From assembly GCF_006345805.1 (NCBI RefSeq), contig NW_021826201.1:1-38981 (forward strand): DNA of 38,981 bases. Reading direction: 5' to 3'. Position numbers and translations under genes: made by a program. The notes below the pieces were generated by a model. That model did no database searches. It was not told where the DNA came from and worked only from the letters and a program-made list of their open reading frames with translations. Source of the stretch: Octopus sinensis (lineage: Eukaryota). Each line of letters starts with the position of its first letter. Position 1 is the stretch's first letter. This document shows, piece by piece, positions 13,536 to 28,430 of the stretch.

Positions 13536-15526
13536 AATGGTTTACTGTAGTTGAAAATACTTCATAAACTGTTACTCAGAGTTTCACGCAACCGATTATC
13601 AGACAGATGGTCAGTTACGTAGAAAAACCAGAAAAATACTAGTTGACAATGCTATAATTTTATATAGGATTTTACTAAAACAGACAGAAGAGTAAATATG
13701 GAATCTTTTCGAAAAGCAAAACACAAACTTATATTAAACGCAAGTAAATGTATCACAAGTAAAAAAAAAAACAAAAAAACATATCGTGATATGAAATCTA
13801 TCTGAACTTAATTTTCAATCTTGCATTGATGATCTTATCAATTATAAAATTATTTCCATGACTCTTAGCTACTTACTGCAGGACGCACGGTTAATAAGCT
13901 ATTAAGAACAGCTTATTTTGAAAATTAGAGTGTGAAGTCTCGATTAGTTAAACTATTGGAGTATGTATGTGTGTGTGTATGTATGTATGTATGTATGTAT
14001 GTATGTATGTATGTATGTATGTGTGTATGTATGTATGTATGTATGTATGTGTGTATGTGTGTATGTGTGTATGTATGTATGTATGTGTGTATGTGTGTAT
14101 GTATGTGTGTATGTGTGTATGTGTGTATGTATGTATGTATGTATGTATGTATGTGTGTATGTGTGTATGTGTGTATGTATGTATGTATGTACGTACGTAC
14201 GTATGTATGTATGTATGTATGTATGTATGTATGTGTGTATGTATGTATGTATGTATGTGTGTATGTGTGTATGTGTGTATGTGTGTGTATGTGGTGTATG
14301 TGTGTATGTATATGTATGTATGTTATGTATGTGTGTATGTGTGTATGTGTGTATTGTGGTGTATGTGTGTATGATGTGTGTATGTGTGTTGTGTGTATGT
14401 ATGTATGTATGTGTGTATGTGTGTATGTGTGTATGTGTGTATGTATGTATGTATGTACGTACGTATGTAGTATGTATGTATGTATATGTGTGTATGTATG
14501 TATGTATGTGTGTGTGTATGTATGTATGTATGTGTGTATGTATGTATGTGTGTGTGTATGTATGTATGTATGTATTATGTATGTATGTATGTATGTATGT
14601 TGTATGTATGTATTATGTATGTATGTAATGTGTGTATGTGTGTATGTGTGTATGTATGTATGTATGTACGTACGTACGTACGTATGTATGTATGTATGTA
14701 TGTATGTATGTATGTATGTGTGTATGTATGTATGTATGTATGTGTGTATGTGTGTATGTGTGTATGTATGTGTGTATGTGTGTATGTGTGTATGTATGTA
14801 TGTATGTATGTATGTATGTATGTGTGTATGTGTGTATGTGTGTATGTGTGTGTGTATGTGTGTATGTATGTGTGTATGTGTGTATGTGTGTATGTATGTA
14901 TGTATGTGTGTATGTGTGTATGTGTGTATGTGTGTATGTATGTATGTATGTACGTACGTATGTATGTATGTATGTATGTATGTATGTGTGTATGTATGTA
15001 TGTATGTGTGTGTGTATGTATGTATGTATGTGTGTATGTATGTATGTGTGTGTGTATGTATGTATGTATGTATGTATGTATGTATGTATGTATGTATGTG
15101 TGTATGTATGTATGTATGTATGTATGTATGTATGTATGTGTATGTATGTATGTTTGAATGTACACTAGAAGTTCGCAAATGCGTATTGAAATTTGTAAAG
15201 CATCCACTTCAGAATAATGACTATAATTGTAATTGTAATTTGTGTATTGCGTAATTCTCCTTCTAGTTTTTGAGCAAAAATGTTTTCCTCAGATCCCGGT
15301 TGACCGGCTGCCGATATGCAATTTTAGTTAAATAGGTTATGCCTTCTAACTTCAACGGGCAGAATTTTGATGTCCCCTGGTGTAGTGGTTAGCATTATAT
15401 ATATATATTATACATATACAATATACATACATGTATATGTATATGTATGTATATATATATATATTATATATATGTATGTGTATATGTGTATGTATGTATA
15501 ATATATGGATATATGTGAATATGTGG

Positions 15527-15560
<34 letters not shown>

Positions 15561-18500
15561 TAGTAGATGTACAAGGAGAGTCTCCTTATTTACCCTAACT
15601 CTATTCTTCTATTTACTCTTTTATTCTTTTATTTTTCTTTTATCTACTTTACCACCGATTCCTTGACCACTCCCCTAATAATGATAGTTTTGCGCCATGC
15701 CTACCCCCCAAAAAAGTTCCCCACCACCACCCATTTAAACCTGCCTAATGTATAAATGCCAAAACACTCTTGTCTACTAGCTTCCTGATGATTTCTTTTG
15801 AATGAAACAGTTCTAGTCCTGTAGAAGCTCCTTCTATATAATAAATATATATATGGGGGGTGGGTAGCGTATATTCTATTACCGGAGTAAATAGTTTTTA
15901 ATTGGTTAAGAAAAAACAAAGAGCCGAAAGTAAGTCATTTTTCAGAGCTTCCAAAGCAAAGGATTGGCATAACTATAGAATGAACACATCAGCAGATATG
16001 ATTGTAATATAAACATTAAAAGCAATGAACGGTGGTATGGATACTGTTAAAACGTTCTTACCGAAAGAAGCAAGTGTTCATTCTGTGAAAAAGAGTTTCT
16101 TTCTATAGAGAATGAAATCCTTTGGTCATAGGACGACACAACTTTTGCTGGCATTGTAGTGAAAGTGATGTAGTCTCGTTTCAATCTAGTTACAACAGCA
16201 TACTGGGCAGGAGCCTTCAGCAAAGTTTGAGCAAATTTTATGTCCTGTCGTGTAGAAGATATATGTTAATGTAATGTCATTACCAGTTCGAATATGTCGG
16301 TGGGAAGTTCGAACTCGTGCACAAGCCATTCACCGTGTTTTGTCATGGAGAAAATTTCTCGCTGTAGATAAATGGTGTAAATACACTTAAATCACCACGC
16401 AGTGCCATTGGAGTGTTAAACGTGGAATGATGGTCGGATGACTGATGGGCAGACGAACAGACAGACAAATATGTGTATGTTTGTGTGTATGTGTGTGTAT
16501 GTGTGTGCGTATTCATAATTATTGCACGTGTATCTATTTACGTACATACATACATACATATATACATCCATACATACATACATACATACATACATACAAA
16601 CATACATACATACATACATATATACATACATACAGACATACATACATACATCCTACATAATACATACATACATACAAACACATCATACACACATACATAC
16701 ATCATACATACATACATACATACATCATACATACATACATACATACACACATACATACAAACATACATACATACACATACATACATACATACATACATAC
16801 ATCATACATACAATACATACATACAATCATACATACATACATACATACACAACACATACAACATACATACAACTACATACATACATACCCCACCATACAT
16901 ACATACCAACTAACCATACATACATACATACACATCAAACTACATACACACATACATACATACATACATACATACATACATACAAACATACATACATACA
17001 TACACAAACTACATCATACATACATACATACATACATACATACATACATACATACTACATACACATACATACATCATACATACATACATACTACATACAT
17101 ACATACATCATACATACATACATACATACATACTACAATACATACATACATACATCTCATACATACATAACATACATACAACATACATACATACATACAT
17201 CCACATACATACATACATACATACATACATACATACCACATACATCATCAACATACATACATACATACATACATACATACATACATACAAACATACAACA
17301 TACAATACATCATACATACATACATACATACATACATACATACATACAAACATACATACATACATACAAACATACATACCATACATACATACATACATAC
17401 ATACATACATACAAACATACATACATACATACTCATACATACATACATACTACAAATACATACAAAACATACATACATACATACAATCATACATACATAA
17501 CATACATACATACATACATACATACATACATACATACATACATACCCCATACATACATACAAATCATACATCATCATACAACACCCATACATACATACAA
17601 CCTACATACATACATAACATACATACACCCTACAACACACACCAAACATACATACAAACATACATACATACATACATACATACAAACATACAATACATAC
17701 ATACAAACATACATACATACATACTACAAACATACATACATACAAACATACATACATACACACATACATACATACTACATACATACATCATACAATACAT
17801 ACATACATACACAATCAACATACATACATACATACATACATACTACATACATACATACAACATACATACATACATACGTACATACATACATACATACATA
17901 CATACAAACATACATACATACATACATCATACATACCTACATACACATACTACATACAAACATACATACATACAACATACAAACATAACATACAACATAC
18001 ATACATACATACATCATAGATACATACATACATACAACATACATACATCATACATACATACATACATACATCCATACATACATACAAACATACATACATA
18101 CAAACATACATACATAATACATACATACATACATACTACATATACATATATCATACATAGATACAACATACATACATACAAACATATACATACATACATA
18201 CATACATACATACATACATCAATACATACATACATACATACATACACTACATCATACATACATACATACATACTACATACAAACATACATACATACATAC
18301 ATAACATACATACATACATACATACATACATACAAACATACATACATAACATACACATACATACCAACTACATACATACATACATACTACCACCATACAT
18401 ACATACATACATCATACAACATACATACATACATACATCATACATACTACATACTACATACATACATACATACATACATCGTACATACAAACATACATAC

Positions 18501-20577
18501 ATACATAATACATACATACATACATACATACAAACATACATACATACATACATACAAACATACATACTCATACATCATCATACATACAAACCAACATACA
18601 TACATACAAACATAGATACTACAACATACATACATACATACATACATACATACATACATACATCATACATACATACATACATCATACATACATACATACA
18701 TACATACATACATACATCATACATACATACATACGACATACATACATACTACATACATACATACATACAACATACATACATACATACATCATACATACAT
18801 ACATACATACATACAAACCAACATACATACAAACATACATACATACATACATACATACATACATACATACATCATACATACATACATACATACATACATC
18901 ATACATACATACATACAATCATACATACATACATACATACATACATACATACATACATCATACATACATACATACTACATACAAACATACATCATACAAA
19001 CATACATACATACATACTACATACATACATACATACATCATACATACATACATACATACATCATACATACATACATCATACATATCATACATACATACAT
19101 ACATACATACATACATACAACATACATACATACAAACATACATACATACCTACATACATACATACATACATACATACATACATACAAACATACATACATA
19201 CATACATACATACATCATACAACATACATACATACATACATACACACATACATTACCACACCACATAAATACATACAAACATACATACATACATACATAC
19301 AACACACATACATACATACAAATCTAGATACATACATAACATACATACCACATACATACACACAACACAAAACATACATACAAAACATACTACATACATA
19401 ACATACATACATACATACATACAAACATACATACATACATACATACAAACATACATCATACAAACATACCTACATACATACACACATACATACATACATA
19501 CATCATACATCATACATACATACATACATACATACATACATACTACATACATACATACAACATACATACATACATACATACATACAACATACATACATAC
19601 ATACATACAAACATACATACATACAAAACATACCTACATACATACATACATACATACATCATACATACATACATACATACATACATACATACATACATAC
19701 ATACATACAATACATACATACATACATACATACCAACATACATACATACAAACATACATACATACATACATACATACATACATACATCATACAACATCAT
19801 ACATACATACATACATACATACAAACATCCATACATACAAACATACATACATACATACATACATACATACATACATACACCTACATACATACAACATACA
19901 TACATACATACATCATACATACATACATACAACATACATACATATACATACATACATACATACTACATACATACCACACACATACATACATACATACAAT
20001 AATACATACATACATACATACAAACATACATACATAACATACATACATACATACATACATACATCATACATACAACATCATACATACATACATACATACA
20101 TACAAACATACATACATACAACATACATACATACATACATACATACATACATACATACACATCATACATACATACATACATACATACATACCTACAACAT
20201 ACATACATACATAACATACATACATACATACATACATACAACATACTCATACATACATACAACATACATACATAATACCTCATACATACATACACACACA
20301 CATACATCAATACATACATACATACAAACATACATACATACATAAAACATACATACAACATACTACATACATACTACATACATACATCATACATTACACT
20401 ACATACATACATACATACACTACCTACATACATCATACCTACATACATACATACATACATACATACATACACACATACATACATACATACATCATACATA
20501 CATACATACATACATACAAACATACATACATACATACATACCATACATACATACATACATACATACATACTCATACA

Positions 20578-20608
<31 letters not shown>

Positions 20609-22375
20609 CAACATCATACATACATCATAACTACATACATACATACTCATACATACATACCACATACACACATACATACATACAACATCATACATACAAA
20701 CATACATCATACATACACATACATACATACATACATAATCATACCTACATACATACATACATACATACATACATACATACATACTACATCATATACATAC
20801 ATACATACACATACATACATCATATCATACATACATACATACATACAACTACATACATACATACATACAATCATACATACATACATACATACATACATAC
20901 ACACCTACATACATACCATACAAACATACTAAATACATACATCATACATACATACATACATACATACAAAACATACCATACATACATACATACATACATA
21001 CTACACATACATACATACATACCTTACAATACATACATACAACATCATCCATACATACATACCTACAATACATACATACATACAACATACATACATACAT
21101 ACATACATACATACATACATACATAAAACATACATACAACATACATACATACATACATCATACAACATACATACATACATACTACACCATACATACATAC
21201 ATACAACATACATACATACAAACATACATACATACCAACATACATACATACAAACATACATACATACATACATACATCTACTACATACATACAACATACA
21301 CCCATACATACTACATACATACATACATACAAACAATACATACATACATCCATACATACATACATACTACATCAAACATACATACAATACATACATACAT
21401 ACAACTACATACAACATACATACCTACATACATACAACATACATACATACATACGTACGTACATACATACATACAGACATACATACATACATACATACAA
21501 ACATACATACATACATACATACATACACACATAATACACTACATACATACAATACATACGTACATACATACATACATACATACAATACATACATACAAAC
21601 ATACATACATACATACATACATACATACATACATACATACATCCTAGTACATACGTACGTTCATACATACCTACATACATACATACATACATAACCCACA
21701 TACATACATAGCAAACCTACACACATACATACATACACACATACATACATACATACATACATACATACATACATACATACATACATACATACATACATAC
21801 CAGGGACGTGATGCCTCAGTAGGCAAGGTAGGTAGTTCCTACTTTGAATAAAACAGATTTTTTGTGCTTTACTGCATAAATGTCACCAACTGCCTACCCT
21901 GAGTAATTACTGACGGCACGTGCCTGATACATACGTATCCATCTATTTTTCCATTCATTAATTTGTACATGCAAACATAATACCTACGGATGTATGTATC
22001 TATGCACACTCAGAGAAGAATTTTATTTAGCTTGAAATATCTCTTGTTTCTTCCGTCTACAAAGGAGAAAAAATCTCATTTGTAACTGCGTATTAGTTAC
22101 CTTTGAACGTTTTAGCATACCCCTACAGAGACATCTAATTAAAACAGTAATTATTGCTGACATGCAACACTTGATTAAGAACTATAACATGACATTACGA
22201 CTGATAATACGATTACTGTCTTTGCTAATAATTTCAATTCTGTATAAATAGCCTTATTGAACCTTCAAGGATCAGAAGACTTCGTTTACCGACTGAATGA
22301 AATTTGAGATTTCAATAAAAGGGATAATCTCATATTTATGTCGTAAGTGTTTTTCACTGCTATATGTATTACCAA

Positions 22376-22411
<36 letters not shown>

Positions 22412-22580
22412 CTTCTCACTAACATACAACGTGTGGTAAGTAGCTTGCTTACCAACCACATGGCTCCGGGTTCAGTCCCACTGCGTGGCACCTTGGGCAA
22501 GTGTCCTCTACTATAGCTTCGGGCCGACCAAAGACTTGTGAGTGGATTTGGTAGCCGGAAATTGAAAGAAGCCCGTCGTA

Positions 22581-22651
<71 letters not shown>

Positions 22652-23132
22652 TTGTATGTCTGTGTTTGTCTCCCCAACATCGCTTGACAACCGATGCTGG
22701 TGTGTTTACGTCCCCGTAACTTAGCGGTTCGGCAAAAGAGTCAGATAGAATACTAGGCTTACAAAGAAAAAGTCCTGGGTTGATTTGCTCGACTAAAGGC
22801 GGTGCTCCACATGGCCACACTCAAATGACTGTAACAAATAAAAGAATAAAAGAATATATATATATCGGCCTTCTGTTGTTATTTCTTTCATACCTGCTCT
22901 CCCTCAGCAACGGGGTCATATTGATCTACCTGCCCTTGTCAGCAATCTCATAATTGGTCATATTCTCAGAAAGCAGTTTAACCAAATAAACACACAGGTT
23001 CTTAAGGCGCAAACACAAAAGCGATTAAAAAAACATAAAACTATCGGTATTACGTTCAAGTACAGTCATGATTCGGCAATGTATGGACGCATGTAATATA
23101 TGTGTACACCCCCCACATACACACACGTGTAT

Positions 23133-23213
<81 letters not shown>

Positions 23214-23214
23214 A

Positions 23215-23268
<54 letters not shown>

Positions 23269-23510
23269 TAAGAAAGTGTGTTTTTGTTCTTCAGGATGAA
23301 TAACCGCTGAGAAGAAAAGAACAGTAAAAACAATTCTGTGCTAGTTTATGTCGAAATAGAAGCGGACACCTTGAGAAATATCCAATTTACGTACATACAT
23401 ACATGCATACATACATACATACATACGTGTACGTGAGTATATATGTGTTATATATATATATATATATATAATACATATATAAATTATACGCATATATATA
23501 TATATGTATG

Positions 23511-23562
<52 letters not shown>

Positions 23563-24890
23563 GTGTGTGTGTGTGTGGTGTGTGTGTGTGTGTGTGTATT
23601 ATATATGTAATGTGCAGGTTTAGGTCTAATATTATGTATATATAATTATGTGTGTATGTGTGTGCGTAATACATATATTATTACACCTTAAAGGTGCACA
23701 TTAAAATGGGATGTGTAACATTACTTTTTCCACATTCATAAGTTGTGTGTGTGTGTGTGCATGCAAATGCATGCATTATGCAGGCATGGACGTACGTATG
23801 TATGTATGCATGTATGTATGTATGTATGTATATATATGTATGTAGTAAGTGTCTGTTGGCGGTTTTTAAAAATCTTATTATGGCACGTGCAGCAGCTACT
23901 AAACCAAAACGGCACCAAACTACCAACCTCTCATCTACTAAAATCTCCTCGTGAGTTCACTCACAATAATCTACCAGACGTTAGATGCATGAGAGATTAG
24001 TGGTGTCGAAGGAATCGATTAGTTAATTCTTTGAATTCTTCTCCACTTATAAGTTGAAAAGCAATATGACCATTTCTCGTTTTAGGCAACAGGCGTTAAA
24101 ATGCCCCGAAGCCAAGACGCTTGAAATGCATTCACCACTCCGCCAGAAGTCATCACGAAATGACTGCTGGTGTTTTTAACACCTATTGCTTAAAGCGTGA
24201 ATTTTTTTCTCAACGGCAAACAGCAGTGAATACGGCCTTTCAACAAATCAAATATGTCCCAAACATATTTGACTTCATCTAAATATTTGTTTGCTCGCAA
24301 CACTCCTTTCACGTGCCTGTTTCAATGTTTCGGTTGACGTTAGGAATTTGGTATTTTGCTAGTTCAGCTTAATTTCTTATATAAGTGTATGGGGTTTGCA
24401 TTACTTTATCTTTTATCTTTTACTTGTTTCAGTCATGGGACTGCAGCCATGCTGGAGCACTGACTTGAAGAATTTAATCGAACAAATTTAAATCTGACAT
24501 TTATTTTATTGGTTTCTTTTTGCCGAACCGCTTATTTACGAAGCCGCAAACCTACCAACACCGGTAGGTAGGATAGACACAAAGGCAAATACATAAACGC
24601 ATGATATACGACGGACTTCTGCACAGTTTCCTTTAATCAATTTCACTCACAAGGCATTAATCAGCACAAGGCTATAGCAGAGGTTACTATCTCAGGGTAC
24701 TGCATTGTGGATCCGAACTCCGAACCAAGTGATTGCAAAGTGAGCTTCTTAACCACATAGCAATGTCTGATCACACACACACACACATGCATATGTATGA
24801 ATATATGTATATGTGTATGTGTGTGATTGTGTGCGTGTGAGTATTTGTGTATGATTGTGTGTTTGTGTTTGTGCTTGTGTGTGTGTGTGT

Positions 24891-24931
<41 letters not shown>

Positions 24932-25937
24932 CTTAGTGTATTCAGTACAGCACCCTTAAATATTGACAAAATGTAATCTATGTAAATAGTAACATAGAAT
25001 ATAATTTAAATTTCGAAAAAGAATCCCCCTTTCAAAGAAACGAACACACGCACACGCACGCACGCACACGCACACGCACACACACATACACACACACACA
25101 CACACACACAGAGGCAGACTCACGTGCATAAATTAGAAGCGCCAAGCAGTGGTGATTACAAATATAAATTTGCCACCAGTTCAAATATGCTTGAGAGATA
25201 TTCGAATCCGTAAGAAAGCCATTTACTGCATTTTATCGCGGAGAAAAATTCTCGTTGTAGACAAAAATGTGTAAACACTCCAAATCAGCCCGGAGCGCCC
25301 TCTACCCGGGTAGATAGATGCATGTATTTCGGAGCTGTTATCCCCTCGTCAGCATCGGATGCTGGAGTTTTAAAGGATCGTAAAACTGCACCACTAGTCA
25401 TTTGCACACACACACACACACAAACACACAAACACACACACACTGACACACACACACACATATATGCATAAATTTATGGTAACTATTTACCTTATGTGAA
25501 TCCACGATCACTTCTGTGGTTGGCACCTCGCACCAACAAGCGCCTTTTTTCATTTTTATAAAAACTTCCCGTGTGATGGCGCTGGGTCTTGAAGTGAAAT
25601 GTGGTATTGCAATGAATAAAAGTTCCTGGGAAATGGAAACATAGCGTTAAATTGAATAATGTTACAAAAGTAACAATATATATCTTTGTTTTGTGCGATT
25701 TTGTCCCGAACAAGGCTTGAAGCCACTTTGGTATAAGGGACAATATAGAAGGAAAATAAGGGATCTACACATTCAAAATATGTCAATTGAGAGAAAGCTT
25801 AAAAGACTGGATATCATAGTCCAGAGGAAAGCAAGACGATGGTAATGAGTTCCAGAGTACAGGAGTTTAAGGAAAGAAACTATATGAATAAAAGGCCTTA
25901 TGACGAACGGGAAGCTGTTTGTGTGTGTGAGTGTGTA

Positions 25938-25992
<55 letters not shown>

Positions 25993-28374
25993 TGTGTGTG
26001 GTGTGTGTGTGTGTGCGGAGCGCACATGTGGGATGTGTGCTGTATACATATCTAGGAATAATATATCTGATGATGATAGATCAAGTTGATTGAAATGCAG
26101 TGAAAAATATTTTGATTCTAAAAATTAGTCTGAACAATTACAATCTTAATAATAAAAACTTATTTCAGAAACTTAGACAATTATATATACAGGAATACAG
26201 ATTAGGCTGTTAAATTGATTGGAAATATATATGGCAGAATAAATCTCCCGGAGAAAGCATGTATAGTATTGTATGTAACACAATATATTTCATAATATCA
26301 GTAGCTTTTTATTTAAGCAGTCTTCTTTACAACTCGATTCATTATATAACATTAATATATATTAAACCATTCATGTATACAAACTATTACGTAGCATTAA
26401 CAGCTTATATTAAAGTAATCTTCTAAACAACACTATTGCATACCATTAACATCTTTCTGTTAAAGTGGTTTTGTATATAATACTTTAATACTTCTTTAAC
26501 AGCATAAGATCAAAGTAGGTTTGTGTACAACACTATTACATAGCATTAACAGACTTCTATTAAAGTCGTTTAGTATACAAGACTATTATAAAACATTAAA
26601 GTCTTCAGTTATCTTCTTAGAATATTTTTGTGTAAGACTAACTACCGTCCATTAATTTAGTATTTAAAATCAACAATAAGAAAAATAAACCTAACAAAAA
26701 CAGTGCAAATAATGATAAAGAATTTTCAAACTGAATTACTGTCTCACAAGAATTCTCAAACTTATTCCTGGAATTCTGGAATTTCTTCTGTTCCCGGTGG
26801 ATAGAAGAATTTCTCCCGGTTAAGAATCAAAGCAGCGGGTGTCGAGAGAAAGAGGAAGTATCGCAATATGGTTGCATCCACTGCCAGAAGTAACAGCTAC
26901 TTTTCTTCAAATCACACGATATCACTTAAAAAAAACAACAACAACCAAAGACAAAAAGGAAGGATCACCTTAGCTAATGTAGTCTTAGTAGTATTGTATC
27001 ATAAAACAGGTGTGTCAGGGTCCAGTTTGATTTTCATTGACTTGGGACTTGAGAACAAGAACAAGAGAAAACAATGAGATATGACAATAGCCAGGAGTGT
27101 TTTTACTTACATTAGCATATACAAAAGCATCTGATGGAGTTATTTGTATGATGAAACTGACAAGTTCCTCCTGGCGTTCGTATTTAAATGTATTCTGTAG
27201 TTGTTTGACAACGTCACACTGTAGGCTGTTGGGATTGAAGTTGTTTGACTGAGCACGGATAACACATCCAACACTGAATTCATATATCGCTGGATTGATT
27301 TTGTATCTAAACGACAGTATATATGGGAAAAAAAGGCAGGATAGAAAATGCTAAAATAATTTTATAAAAAACATTTCGGGTACCGGTTTCAGTCATTGAG
27401 ACTTTTTCAACTGTAAGTATGGAAAACAATTAAATTTTGGAAAAATTAAAAGCAAACACAAACACACACGCATTGGATTCTCAATACCAGAAAGGAGAAA
27501 GTAGATCCGAAGACTAGAGATCCAAACCATAACTGGAACGGCAAAAAGTCTGTAAAACTTTCCAGAAGTTTTATCATTCAAGTAAATTTGCGCATGTCTA
27601 GCCATGCAACTATATGCACGAGAATACATACATATGACAAAGCATATACATCTGTACATGCACTGACTCCAAATACTGCACATATACATACATACAGGCG
27701 AAAATATCCTGATGGTGTTGAGATTCCAACGAAGGAACCTTGGATCTTTGTTAGGAACCGGCTCTTTCTCTATTGGCAAGAAATCTTGAAATAAAACTGA
27801 GTAATGATATACATACAGGCATACACAAACTAACAGACATGTTTATACAGATTCGTGGTGTAATCAACAAAACGCGTTCTTATAATATTCAGTCAGCGAA
27901 CAGTTCATAGCAGCAGACAACAAGCAATAAAAAAACAGAAGCGCAATAACATGGCAGACAATAACAATTGACTCACAACAGTAGCCAACTCATAACACCA
28001 ACCGACCCACAGTAACAGACAGTCCACAATAATAGATGACCCACAACAATAGATAACGCATAACAACAACCAACCAGCAACCGTTAAGCAACACCAACAA
28101 CGTGCAACCGACCACTATTTCCTTCTCCCTTAATTCGACGAACGATTTCTGGTGCCTCTTTTGGCGAGCACAATGGAATTTTTGTGAGAGAATATAAAGG
28201 TTTTTCGGTGCCACCCTTCGAATTTAATTTTTTACATCATCTTGTTGGCAATAGCCAAATCCGAGAGGGTGAGACAGGAAGAAAGAAAGAGAGAGAGAGA
28301 TGGAGAGACAGGGAGAAAGAGACAGAGAGAATATGTGGATGTTTGTCTATTTGTGTGTGTGTGTGTGTGTGAGA

Positions 28375-28430
<56 letters not shown>

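Noticed and set aside
15372-15397. tRNA-like 5' half (gtcccctggtgtagtggttagcatt)
   Set aside because: Only an A-box-like fragment; no anticodon arm, T arm or B box follows
13925-21701. Long ORFs of 200-490 aa (HTYI and MYVC repeats)
   Set aside because: Translations of (TACA)n/(TATG)n, which lack stop codons in all frames; not genes
26276-26605. CRISPR-like repeat-spacer array
   Set aside because: Eukaryotic context, whole units are degenerate copies with no unique spacers, and there are no cas genes
26770-26930. Minus-strand frame [19 protein letters not shown]... after a strong acceptor
   Set aside because: All three frames from the acceptor hit stops and no donor fits
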